Part shown: positions 52,300 through 64,000 of the stretch, piece by piece | Layout: each line of letters opens with the position of its first letter | How positions within the stretch are numbered: position 1 is the stretch's first letter | Assembly (NCBI GenBank): GCA_040954595.2 | Contig: CM082579.2 | Span: 7,987,625 to 8,051,624, forward strand | Length of the DNA stretch: 64,000 bases | Reading direction: 5' to 3' | From: Balanoglossus misakiensis | Taxonomy: Eukaryota; Animalia; Hemichordata | The notes under the pieces: generated by a model | Told to the model about the DNA's origin: nothing | Seen by the model: only the letters and a program-made list of their open reading frames with translations | The model's database searches: none | Program-made: the position numbers and the translations under genes

Positions 52300-52313
52300 G
52301 TTGCCATGGCAAC
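52300..52313. promoter_or_regulatory. Perfect palindromic RFX X-box GTTGCCATGGCAAC
   Basis: Exact match to the canonical X-box consensus; function untested. Confidence 0.45.
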
Positions 52314-55300
52314 GGGACTCAGCAATGTTCTAACTGAATATTCGAAGAGCACCTGTTCATCTGAAAATTTATTTGCACACAAAAAGGAACGCATTCCGAC
52401 ATTCGAACCACCTGTCATTGAAAATAAAAATTCAGGACTGTCTTCAAGTGCAGTACGACAGAAGAAAAGGACCCTCAGAGTCGCTGGGTATTTCAGACAT
52501 GGACCGGGAATCATAAAACGAGACCATGACTGTCAGTCACTGCCTGTGATAAACAACATCGACAGCTGTATCGCATTCGGGGTAAGGGTTACCAGCACTA
52601 CATTCATCAGTAACGTTGACAGCTCCAGCATTTTTAAGCATTAAAATCTGGATCTATTCGTCCCCTGCTAGAACACAGACTCTTTTGTTGAAAATGACAT
52701 CATCATCACACAAAGGTAGATTCTCAAATTCAATCTCCCAGGCAACAAGTGACCTCAACAGTCGAGCCTATAGCACCACTGCTGCTAGCAACTGCTGACT
52801 GACAAAGGCTGTATAACTCATCTGTTGAGGTCAAAAATGGTGAGCAAGGAATATTCAGTCCATCATCTTTAGCACTTTATTCTTCTGGGAAGGCAATGTC
52901 AAAAGTAACATTTCCACTGTAATAGTCCGTCCTAAACTTGGAGTATTTGATGCAGAGCTTGGAAAGTATATCGCAAGTATGACATTCTCTCGCAGTAAAA
53001 ACTCTCACATCGTATCTGCATGACACATGTTGCTGTTATTGGGTCTGAAACTGAAAGCTGGGAAGGTTTGGAGAACAATTTGTTGATACACAAAGTGATT
53101 TATGTTCAGAAGGGGTTTTTCCATAATTGGGTATGGAAAACGTTGTTTGCCACGATAGGTTGACCTCAATATTTCCACGATGATGTAAGCCAGTTGGGCA
53201 AGTTCCTTAAACGCTGATACATGTATGCCGGACATCCCCATCCATAGTATTAGTATGATCCTTGCACTTCACTCTACACCCATGATGTGACAGGGCCTGG
53301 TTATTTAGAGTAAACTGGTCAATAGTTGGGGAAAATACTAACTTTGACGAGATAAAACTTGAGAATAACGTTAAATCACTCCGACCGCACTGTGCAGCAC
53401 AGTAACCAGCATGTGAGAAACTTATCTTGTCATGAAAAAATGTCAGTCAACTCTACCCTGATAAACAAATGGCTGATGCAAATGATCTTACAATGAAAAA
53501 GAACGTTAAGTTTTTTGCTCAAGATTTAAAATTCCATAGCAGTCTTCATAGCTGTCTTCAGTGTATGTTTTATGGTTGTCAGCAGTGATTAAACTGATCA
53601 ACCATAACACTAAACGGAGTAAAAGGTGGCAATTATTTCTGATCTGCATGTACACGTACATCACTAACAAACAGCAGATTGTAAGAAAATGACAGTCTTA
53701 GGTACTTTTACATGAATCAATCATTCAGGTACTGCACGGCCATATAAATGACATGCTTCAAAGTACAATGTAAGACCTTCACCATCAGTGGCTCTATTTA
53801 GAAGTTAGGGTATGTTTTCCTTTTTCAGATCCATCAAATGCTCTCCGCAATAACTACAGCTTCTTGTTCTACTCGCTAAAGCATGTTTTAGTGCTAAATA
53901 TTCTGTAAATATTAATTGTCAAAAATACAGCTACTCTCCCTTTAAAGCCAGCAGTGGTAAAACATTTCACAGAAATGCTTATACACACTACAGTTTTGGT
54001 GCATTGTCTTCTTGTATAATTTTTGCATCCGGGCAAACAGGTAAATATTTTCAACAACACGCAGAATAGTTAGTGTCTCTCTTTGGATATTTTGACATCT
54101 GCTTATGACGTGGTCCACTGCCTTGGTTTAGCAAATAAACATCACCCATGAAGGCATGCAAATGCACAGTATTTGTGCGTCTTTTGATATAAACACGGGT
54201 CTACAAATACAAGGGCACAAGCAGCAGGATACTTGAGTCTTGTGATGATCAAGGCCCATGACCTCATGATTTGGCTTCATCACTTTTATTACTAGTCGAT
54301 CGAGATAAAAACTGATGTGCTCATACCATATAGCATCACAATTGTCCCCACTGCAATGCATCTGTCTAAGTACATACACTCATAATCAACAGCAATCAGA
54401 CCACTATCAGTAGATAGACACCTACCACCTAATCGGCTTAAACCACCATATATGAGATTATCACCAGATAACAGACAATTATCAGTTATCCCCCCCCCAA
54501 GTTATCAGGTCACAAGATGGTTATCAGGTCACCACCAATAACAAAACTGATTGATACTTCAATACCAGAAGGCAGACTGTGGTCGAGCGACCAACCAGTG
54601 CAGGAGGGGACAACGATAAGTATCAACAAAACACATTGACCAGACACCTGAGTGTACTTGAGCTGTCATTGGAAAAAAGAAAACTTGTCACACACAAGAC
54701 CTATAAAGTTAATCGTCATCATAAGAAGAAGGTCGACTACTTAACAAAACAATGAGGCACTTAACCACCAATATCAGGACACAACCAACTGGCTATCAAC
54801 TGGAAAATGAGAAAACTATATAACAGACTAGGGCCTCAGCTGGTAACTTCAATCACCAGAAGATGGTCCAATATTACTGCTGCCAGTGAATCGGCCCATC
54901 ACTATCGGTAGTATAAATTGAGTCATCACCACCAGAAAATAATATGTGCAGTCAACTCCCAGTTCATGATCATGTGATATAGTAAACTGGGACCATCCCC
55001 CTGCTCTGGGCATACATGTATGTGCAGTGTGTTCTGTGGGAGTGTGATCTTCAAAATTGTCTCACGGATTTGAAGTAATTAAAAGTTTGAACTACGATGT
55101 ATGATTAAGCTACACGACTCAGCATTGGCAATAACATGATTTTAATAACTTCCTCTCTCACTGAAATGACCTCTTCCAGTTTTAATTCCTAGCATTGAAA
55201 CAGGAGAATATTTGTTCCTTTAGGAGGAGAATTACTGACAAAAAATGCTTAATGAAGTAGTGTGATGGTTTTGGATAGACAGATCTAGTGTGAAGTTCCA

Positions 55301-58300
55301 CTTTTGACTAAGGGTCGTCTTCAACCACAACAAACATGGCATTTATGGCTGCGTGTGTAATGTGAACACTTCAAACAGAAGTTTGAAATTGGAAACAGTA
55401 GTATAATATGGTACCTCTACCTCTCTGAGTCTTGTACATAGATACGATGAGGATGCATGCACTAAATGTATACCATATACTTCCGAGCAGAGAGATAAGG
55501 CTAATTCCGAATTCAAACTTTGGTGGATACTGACTCCCAGACAGAACGACTCCAATGTAACTGATCCTCCCTGGCAGGCAGTGAGTGCAGCCTGGGTGAA
55601 TTACTCCTAAGCCAGGCCTGGCTGGCCGACATTGTAGGAATTTCACAACAGTTGGTAGCCAGATGATCAAGCTATGTAAACATGGCTGAAAATGAAATCC
55701 CCAGATTATCACATACCTTATTTTGTATTCAATCGAAGTCCGATAGATTTTTCGTCCGTTAAATGTACATCAACTCACAAACTGGTACAAGTCGGCATGC
55801 GCGAATCTTTGGAGACTGACTGTGTGTGGCGTACGTACGTAGCACTAGTTGTGAAGATCAACTCCACCAAACAGTTTGGCTGTGACATCATCAAGGAAGC
55901 CCAGCAGACTACACCACTGACATTCCATCGTGTCAACAACGCTGGCCAATGACTACCAGATACACGGCCGTAACATAAACTAAAAAACGCCTTCGAGGAT
56001 CTAAATTGCTGTGTGCTGTGGTGTACGCGCCCATGTAGTTCCCTCTTAATCTTCATTTCACGATAAAAAAACAGTTATAACCATCTCTGAATTGCGTGTT
56101 TTTTGCCCAAATTGACAAGATCCTCTCACAAGGCAGGTTTGGATGTTTCTTCTCCGAAGCAACTTAACCACACAAATGATGACTAAACACTTATTTTCCC
56201 AGCAGACAATAACAGACTTCAAAAAAAAAAAAACCCTGCCAAATATTTGGATTATCTTTTATTTCCACTTCATCTAATTATTCCAGATTCGCCAGGCGTA
56301 CTCCCGGGGTGCGTAATTGAAATACCATTATCTATATACACACAGTACGACAGAAATGCAATTATGTACAATGGGAATAGCCGCAATTCCATCTCATCTC
56401 CAAAGTCTAGACAACATAAAAATAGAAACAACACTGAATTTTATTAAATTGCTCCTAATTATGAAATAACAACGTCTGTCATGCTTGGTTCTATAATCTT
56501 TGACTGTCTTGGAGGCAGACAGATAGCCGGAACAGAACTGTTATTATTCAGCTATAAATATTTAACATCACCTATTTGATGAAAACATTATTTGCAAATC
56601 AGAAGATAACTATAATGCAATACTTGTTTCAATTATTCAGCAAAGGATATCAGTAGGGTATTTGTCACCGTCATTTAGAGTTAATGTGATTTGAAAAAAA
56701 TAGATCCATCTATATTCCCAACCCTCATAATTACCTACGAGGTCTTCTTTTTTTCAGCATTTAACATCTGAACGTATTAAAAGCTGGTCTTCCATTATAC
56801 TATCTTTGGAACTGTTGTTATATACGCAACATAGCTGGTCATATCCTGCAGAGCCTGCAGGCAGTGTTTTCGTGGAAACATCATTTCTGTAAAAGTCTCG
56901 TTCTATTTACAACGCCGACCAGCTGCGGCCGTGACTGGGGTAGTTTTTTTTCTCGTTTTCATTCCTCGCAATGAAAGTTTTGAGTCAGAAAAAGAGATAT
57001 CAGTGACACGCACACAAAAGGACGTTCAGGTGTGTGTTAAGGTTACCATGGAAACGTAAGCTACCCACGGAGGGGGGCACACGGAGGTTGGTCACGAAAC
57101 TCTCTCAGATTTTGTTTTCAATTACAGCATGTGCAATTTTCCCCCAAACATATACAATTCTGATTCAGTGACATGTCCTCATATAAAGTGGACGAGAAAA
57201 ATATCCACGAGTATTACAAAATGTTAACATCGCGCCACTCAGCACGAATGCCTCTGAAGACAGTGAAAAGAAATGATACCCCGCATTTTGAAAGAACTCC
57301 CTCGTAACCATGACGACGCAACATGCTCAAGATTTGAGAGTTATGCGTTTGGACTGATTTTAATAGCATGTATTGGCAGGACTACGCCAAGGTGACATTG
57401 GAGAGAACATCAAAACCGACATCTCCATGACAACACACTCTAATATGATTTCAAACAGGGAAAAGTGTGAAACCTCTCACCGGGTGAGGAAACTGAATAA
57501 AGATGAACACTGCAGCAACAAAATATCCACACACTCTTCACAACACGCTACAGGGTTCCTGCAGCTAACAGCGTGTGAAAAATGCACGTGGAAGTGACGT
57601 ACGTGTACGACTTGCGTTGAGGTCGACGCACAGTACTGCTCACGGCGCACATTCCTCTGTCATTTCAGTTTCTTGGTCATACATGTGGATGTTTGACTCG
57701 ATATTATAAACCTACAACCGCAGTATCTGTACCATAAGTACGTCATAGATCACGTGCGCGTGACTGGGTGCTTCCTGGGAGCGCGCTTCCCCGCCATGAC
57801 AGTATTTGCCCCTGCAGCTGACCATGCCACAAGTCAACTGCGTCATTTCTAGTTTTCAAATACCTACAGGTATTGGTGTCAAATAGCTCTGCTGTGTGTA
57901 AGTGAAAGTTTTTGTAAAATTTGCATTTTTTTATAATAATGCTTTGTTAATATTTCACAATTATCAACTCTAAAACGTTGACAGAGAGTAATGTATGTTC
58001 CCCTTTAATGGGCAGTTCCCTTGAGAGACAACGAGATGTTGACAGGTTCACCTGTAAAGGTCTGATGCTAGTCTCACTTTGCATAGGCACTGCAAGGCTG
58101 AAATGAGTCTGAGGTAATCAAGCCACAGGCACCCCAACCCCCAATACACAAACATGCCCAATGGTGCAATAGTTATGGTACACACACACTACATTTCACT
58201 TTCTGAAAAGTTGTGAGCGCACAGGAAGAGAGTTCATATCTCGCTCTGACTTCACCGTGCACCCAGAGGGGACCACGTCACTATCCCGGTGCCCATTACA

Positions 58301-60293
58301 TTCAATGGCCATTCATGCATGAACACGTCAGCTCTATGACCTTCCTGACTTCTGATATCAGATTTTAGAGATTTCTCTTTTTTGAAAAACCACACTTAGC
58401 CAATCGCTTGAACCGACGACCCTAAGAACTCCTGACACATGAATGAAACATGCAAGGGGATGCATAAACGTTTGTCTTTCTTGCAAAGTTTCTAATTACA
58501 TCACGCGATCCATCATCACTCCGGCTGATGAGCTGTTTCGAAAAAACCCCACTACTTCACTTCAGTGGATGGGGGTCCGTCTGAAACTTATTGCCGATGA
58601 CACATGCTCTGCTGGGGCGGGTTGAGGAAATTGAGAGAAGGAATATAACTCAGCGGTTACTTTACTGTACATAGCTCGGAGGGTCAGAGTGGCTGTGTTT
58701 TTCAGAATGATTTCGATCTGGCTTCGGCTGATGACAGACACATCCCAGCACCAGGGGCCGAATTCCTCAGTCCTCCACGCCCACACACACACAACAAAGT
58801 CGGCACATCACAGGGTATATGCCGCAGTATTTTTTTACTGTTGGCATATGATTTTTTTCCGGTGGTCAAACTGGCACACCGTCAACTTTTCCGCCCTGCT
58901 CTAATTTCCCTCTGTATCACTTTTCCTATTACTTATTGATTGGCCCAAAATTATGAAACTCAAAGATAAAAACCACATCACATGCTCCTAATGGGTGGAT
59001 CACTTCAAAACAGGAAGCTATAGCTCCGGGGACTAGCCCTGGGTACCTGTTATCGACACTCTATCTCTGCAGACGGAGAATTCACTGGAAAATTGTGAAT
59101 TTGTCTGCTTGAGCGGAGATCTTCTCTGTCGTACGCACAACTCCGACAAGATTCTGCATCAGGCAACTGAGTGCATGTCACTAGTGTATTATCTGACAAC
59201 CTGTGCAAGTATAAGACTCCCTGTAGACAGCAAAGTTGTTCACTATATACATAATTAACACTGAATTACTCCTGCCACAAAGGAACCGTGCAGGTTCTAT
59301 TTCTGCATCTCTCGTTCCCCTGACAACAGAGAGAAATCGTTCACATCGCTGGATACGCCAGTGTTGGCAAGGATTTGTTTAATATTCACAATAGCCATGT
59401 TTTGGTCAGTGATAATCCTACTGCAAAAAATATTGCTCATATGGCAACACAAATTAAATGTCTAGATTCATCTAGGGCACCCATGAGTCGAGAATCTTTC
59501 GTAAAACTTTCAAAGGCAGCATTACTACAGCACACTGTCTATCACTCAGACCACCACAGCCAATCAGAGAACTCAGGATCTCTGGGCAAGGTCTCCAACA
59601 GAGATGATCGACACAATTTCCTGACAGGACCAGAACCAGAACGCTTTGGCTTTGACATCTCGCCAACCAGACATATCACGATAACTTTTACCGTTTGATA
59701 AACGATGTGGTGTACGACCAGTACAGCACAACATCAAATGTTGTATCTTTTTTGACACTCCATTCACGCATCAGATAATTCTTGCCTTGCCCGAGGAACT
59801 CGAGCCAAACTGTAATGAGAAGCTGACTCAGAGAGCAGGCTGGGAGGCCTGTCAGTTTTTCAACGTGTCACTTTTCATACCAAGCTGCAACTTGGATGGT
59901 TTCTGTGATCAATTCGGTGCTGTGTGTGTCTCTGTGTGTGGGTTTCCCAACATGTGACGCAGGCATGTGATTAAAACATTTCAACCTACTGTACAAGTCT
60001 TGGTCTATATAATTATGCAAATTTGGGAAGTTGACTAAACACATGCAACCTGGAGAAACACACAAAGAGATAAACATGAAGAGTGACTTCAGGCACACAG
60101 GCAGAGAAAGTTTATACATGTAGAACTAAAACACTATCAATAAAAAATGTAAGTTTTTCACAGTCCAGCAGCCTAGAACAACATTCAGCTAATTTACGTC
60201 ATATGTTACAAGAATCTCATTTCCTTACATATCCTGTGTTGTTGCAAACCAACGATAACTCATAGATTATTTTGTGACAGGGTGCACTAGCTG

Positions 60294-60350
60294 ATAGACA
60301 GACAGACACACATGCAGACACACACACACGGACACAAACACACACACAAA
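60294..60350. repeat. (GACA)n/(CA)n imperfect microsatellite
   Basis: Directly visible. Confidence 0.8.
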
Positions 60351-63300
60351 CCATTCACTCAGCCATATTAAATTTCCTCTCACACACTAACAGCAATTCC
60401 AATTCTCACACGCTCGGCAAACGTTGATCCCTGGTCGAATTCTGAAGGAATTTACACCTAAGACATAACTGCTACAGTGCAACCACGACTCGTAAACTGT
60501 CACCGCAAGGGATACTTTATAAAGATACAGATAATTATATGAGGTGAGCCTCAAGGAGCTCACCTGAATACCTTATCAGTCTCTCGCTCTCTTCTGCATC
60601 TCTAACACTCCCAAATTGTTTCAGTTTTTTTTTTAGGTTAAAGATTCTGGGAAGATAAACTTAGCAAGCGAAGCAGCCCTTAAAGTTTAACGAAGAACAC
60701 TTTCATTGCAGCAATCATGGTGATAGTTAGGCCTGGTTGTCTTCACACAACAAGGGTCAACGTCATCACAAGAACCTTGTTCAATGGTTAGCCAATCATT
60801 GTAGGTTTACATGGAAATATAAAACCAATGCTAAATCTGTAACGCTATGAGGTGATTGTTAATTTCAAAACCCACCTCATGATCAGAGTTCTACAGCCAG
60901 TGCAGTGTTTTTTGTTAAGGGTGGGTACTAACCCAGGTAAATGTTACCGGAGTTCCACAGTCATTTTACCAGTATTCCCCAGCCTTCGCAAAAACACTGC
61001 AGTGTGTCAAAGAACGCTGAACCTCAATAGTTCACACGTACGCCAAGACGCAAGAAAAATTGCTCGAGAATTCGACAATACTTAGGACCCAGCTTTCTCC
61101 TCATCTATTTTACACTTAAAATGTCACGACAATTACCTATAAAAGCAGCCTACTAGAGATCGCATCAAATCTCCCATATCAAAAGCAATTTTTTCTCATA
61201 TCTCGAGCTTTACACTCACGTTTTCTATTAGCAAGAGCTTAACAGCTACGTCATCAATTTCTTTTTTTTTTCTTCTCCTTCCTTCGGGTCCATCTCAAAC
61301 GTGTCATGGAAATTTCTCCTGATAATAATCTAGGGTTTACAGTGTGTGCGAGAGTGCCTATATTACTCAAGCCGGCATATTCCCTGTGATACATGGTCGG
61401 CTAATCAAAGTATACATCGATATTTATGACACAGATATATATGAATATAGGTTTAACCGTACCTAGTTCCACTTGACTTTTTAAGTATCCCAGGATTTGC
61501 AGTACCTGGCACAGACAGGGACTGCCTTTACTTGAAGTGCTTCTCAGTCGTCAGTGTTATTCCTACAAGACAAAATAAAGAACGAGCAATAGAGGTTAAT
61601 ACGCTTGCATGCAAAGTAATTCCTTTTCTTCATTATGTGAAAAAATCTGATTTATCGGTACTGTACGGATAGTCAGCACTGAACATGGAGATATGGCACA
61701 CGTACGTGTGTACTTCACGTGTTGTAACGTCGACAGCCAAACAGAGGTTTTGTGTGCGCGCATTTTTTCTAGATTTTCGAGGTTAAACATAAGATCAGCG
61801 CGATTCAATCTCACCTGCTCATACCACACTGCAAAAGACAGCGGTGATGTGTTTCGCGACGGTATATAATTACAGATTTGAAACGGTACGTCAGTGAGGG
61901 GCGGCCACGTGGTACAATCCGAAGCAAAAAACACTCGCACGCACGCACGGAGCAGGGTGTTCACCTCTGAACGCATGAGAGTCTCCACAACTTGACTGGC
62001 TATGATCCTCTAATTGGTACACGCACCGTTAGGGCTTCCCTCACGGCTTACTTAAAGGACTTCGTTTTCTGACATTAAAGGATTAGTTCAGGCGAGGACC
62101 TGCGTCCTGTTGCAGCAAAATTGCTCTCCCAGATTTAAAAAAAGGGATTACCAGAGCACTGCCTGAATAACACAACATGTGCCGCGCCAAATGACTTCTG
62201 ATGGCTCAACCGAAATTTGGAGAGCTACATATCTCAATTTTCACCATGAGTTGGCCTGTTTTATGTGATTACGCAAACATTGGTGGGTGGGGTAACTGCA
62301 TTAGACACATTAGGAGATCAAAGTGAGTTTCCAGGCAGCAGCTGTCAAATTCATGCAGCAGCAGATAGAGACTGCATGTCATTTCAAATTTGCAAAAATG
62401 CATTACGAAATTTCCAACTTTCCTCTCAATTAACCACTGTATCAAAAAAATAAAGACAAGTATCACTTTTGAAAGGTGAGACATATTATTTTGTGAGAGT
62501 GAACAAGTCTAGATAAGTCTTACCCTAGGAGTTTTATTATCATTATTATTTTTATTAGAAATACAATGTACTATTAATTTTATCATATCAGCACTTTGCT
62601 TGGCTTCGTTACTTTAAGCCAATCAGCAGTTTGTGCCAACTGATTGCCTTCCAACAAACCAATCAGTGGCCAGCACCGACTTCCTCAATCAATCAGCAGT
62701 GATTGCTGTACTCAGGCGAAATTCCCTCGACCAGTCGTCAATCCGACCGCTGCGCCTTGTCAATTTCCTCAAGTAATCAGCAAGCTTTAATGGCCACAAT
62801 ACTGTCTCTATTCTCATCACCATGTTTTACGAGTGACCCCACATCCAACTATGTATAGCTGCATATGCATCTTGGGTTCTAGGACAGTCACCCCCTGGAC
62901 ATTTAGCCACTAGACAATTATCCCAAACCTGGTGATGGGCAGAAGGTGATCAGGGGGTGGCCCTCCTGATACTGCATCTTCAGGTGATGACATTTCATCA
63001 CAACACGTACACTGCAATGCTGCCGAATAAACTCTGCGACATTACTGTATTCATGAGGAAATCCTACCCTTAATTGAGACCGATACATTGCACGCACATC
63101 TTCTAATACACAACATCTGGGGTTATAATCTGTCCACTGTGAACTAATACATGTATATATTGCTCAAGCAGCAGTTGCATCAAAGCTAATCTTTTGTTAC
63201 TTAACTACCTTAACTAGATCAAAGGGAAAGTATAATAAGTACGTGTGTATGAAACGTCTGCGTTTTAAAAGGCAGGAATTCTATTTTTTAAATCCGATAA

Positions 63301-63872
63301 CTGCTGTGTGGCTGATAATGGAGCATCCGGAATCGGTCGCCAGTCTTTAACGACTTTTGAATGAACAGTCCAGACAGCGAGAGGGAGCTCTTTCAAGGAA
63401 CAGCAAACACGACGGTCTCTTAATGATATTTTTTAGTAATATTTCATAGAAACCCGAAAGAATTATGAGGCTTTTGTTTCCAGTAGAGGTCACCGGGGGT
63501 CAAGAGCCCCCGTTCTCCTGATTCAAATTACATGGCTTTTATGAAGCCCTTAAAAAGCAATTTAGGTCTGGCTTTTTTCAAAGCTTACGGGAGAAATCGC
63601 TTGATGTACAGTTGCTGATAATGATTTTACAAAGACCTACAAACCCTGAAATGACTCTTGCTATTAAAAAGTCCAACCAACAGATTTTCAGAAAACTAAC
63701 TGATAGTCCTCCAAAACCTTCAAATTCGTTGCTTATATTAAAGTGTGTCTTTTTGAAATTTCAAAACAAAGAAGATTAATGGCTGTTGATTGTCTTGTTT
63801 TAATGGAAATTGCAACTTTAAATTTTCTCCATGGACAAGCTTGGTGGCAAAACACAGCCAATGAGGCTTTAA

Positions 63873-63966
63873 CCCTTTCACCACCTGACCATGGTATGTA
63901 GCTGGTACGTTCCATTGATCTCAAAGGCAATGTTGGACCTCTGTACAGGGAAATGGGGTGAAAGGG
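63873..63966. mobile_element. Short TTAA-flanked MITE (piggyBac-like)
   Basis: TTAA|CCCTTTCACC ... GGTGAAAGGG|TTAA; 10-bp perfect TIRs, 94 bp. Confidence 0.75.
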
Positions 63967-64000
63967 TTAAAGGCAACATGACTCAAGTATTGACATCGTA

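Larger units (their letters stand above)
41006..64000 (-). other. Non-coding region upstream of the ATG exon (probably a long 5' UTR intron and/or upstream DNA)
   Basis: The ATG exon begins at a splice acceptor, so an upstream exon should exist. No ORF here has a recognisable product, and no first exon or promoter could be placed. Confidence 0.6.

Noticed and set aside
52860-53290. Protein-like short frames that might be a decayed transposon or pseudogene
   Set aside because: No recognisable motif. BLASTX or a repeat-library search would be needed to support any call.
60542-60565. Hairpin AGGTGAGC/GCTCACCT near a CA microsatellite, reminiscent of Helentron-type ends
   Set aside because: Only an 8-bp stem; element boundaries cannot be defined.

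Overview
Eukaryotic (animal) genomic DNA, AT-rich overall with GT-AG introns. The intracellular motifs resemble vertebrate teneurins, so an invertebrate deuterostome is plausible, but the species cannot be fixed from this window. One gene dominates: a minus-strand teneurin (Ten-m/Odz/TENM family type II membrane adhesion protein). I reconstructed 21 coding exons by hand from the ATG at 40955 down to 113; all junctions are GT-AG and phase-compatible (5522 nt, about 1840 codons). They encode the intracellular domain, TM helix, furin-site linker, 8 EGF repeats, Cys-rich/TTR/Ig-FN plug, NHL beta-propeller and the start of the YD-repeat shell. The 3' part of the gene lies left of the window, and 41006-64000 looks like non-coding 5' intron or upstream DNA. 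Introns hold two related TA-flanked MITEs, a tRNA-derived SINE and a microsatellite; the upstream region holds a TTAA-flanked MITE and further microsatellites. The best hidden signal is a frame-preserving 6-nt candidate microexon (4376-4381) with neural microexon hallmarks, in the intron matching the vertebrate NHL splice site B switch. Other oddities are a 41-aa acidic segment inside dimerisation EGF5, an expanded multi-furin-site loop, an in-frame internal donor that would delete about one propeller blade, a uORF abutting the start codon, and many RFX X-box-like palindromes. I found no prokaryote-type system such as CRISPR.
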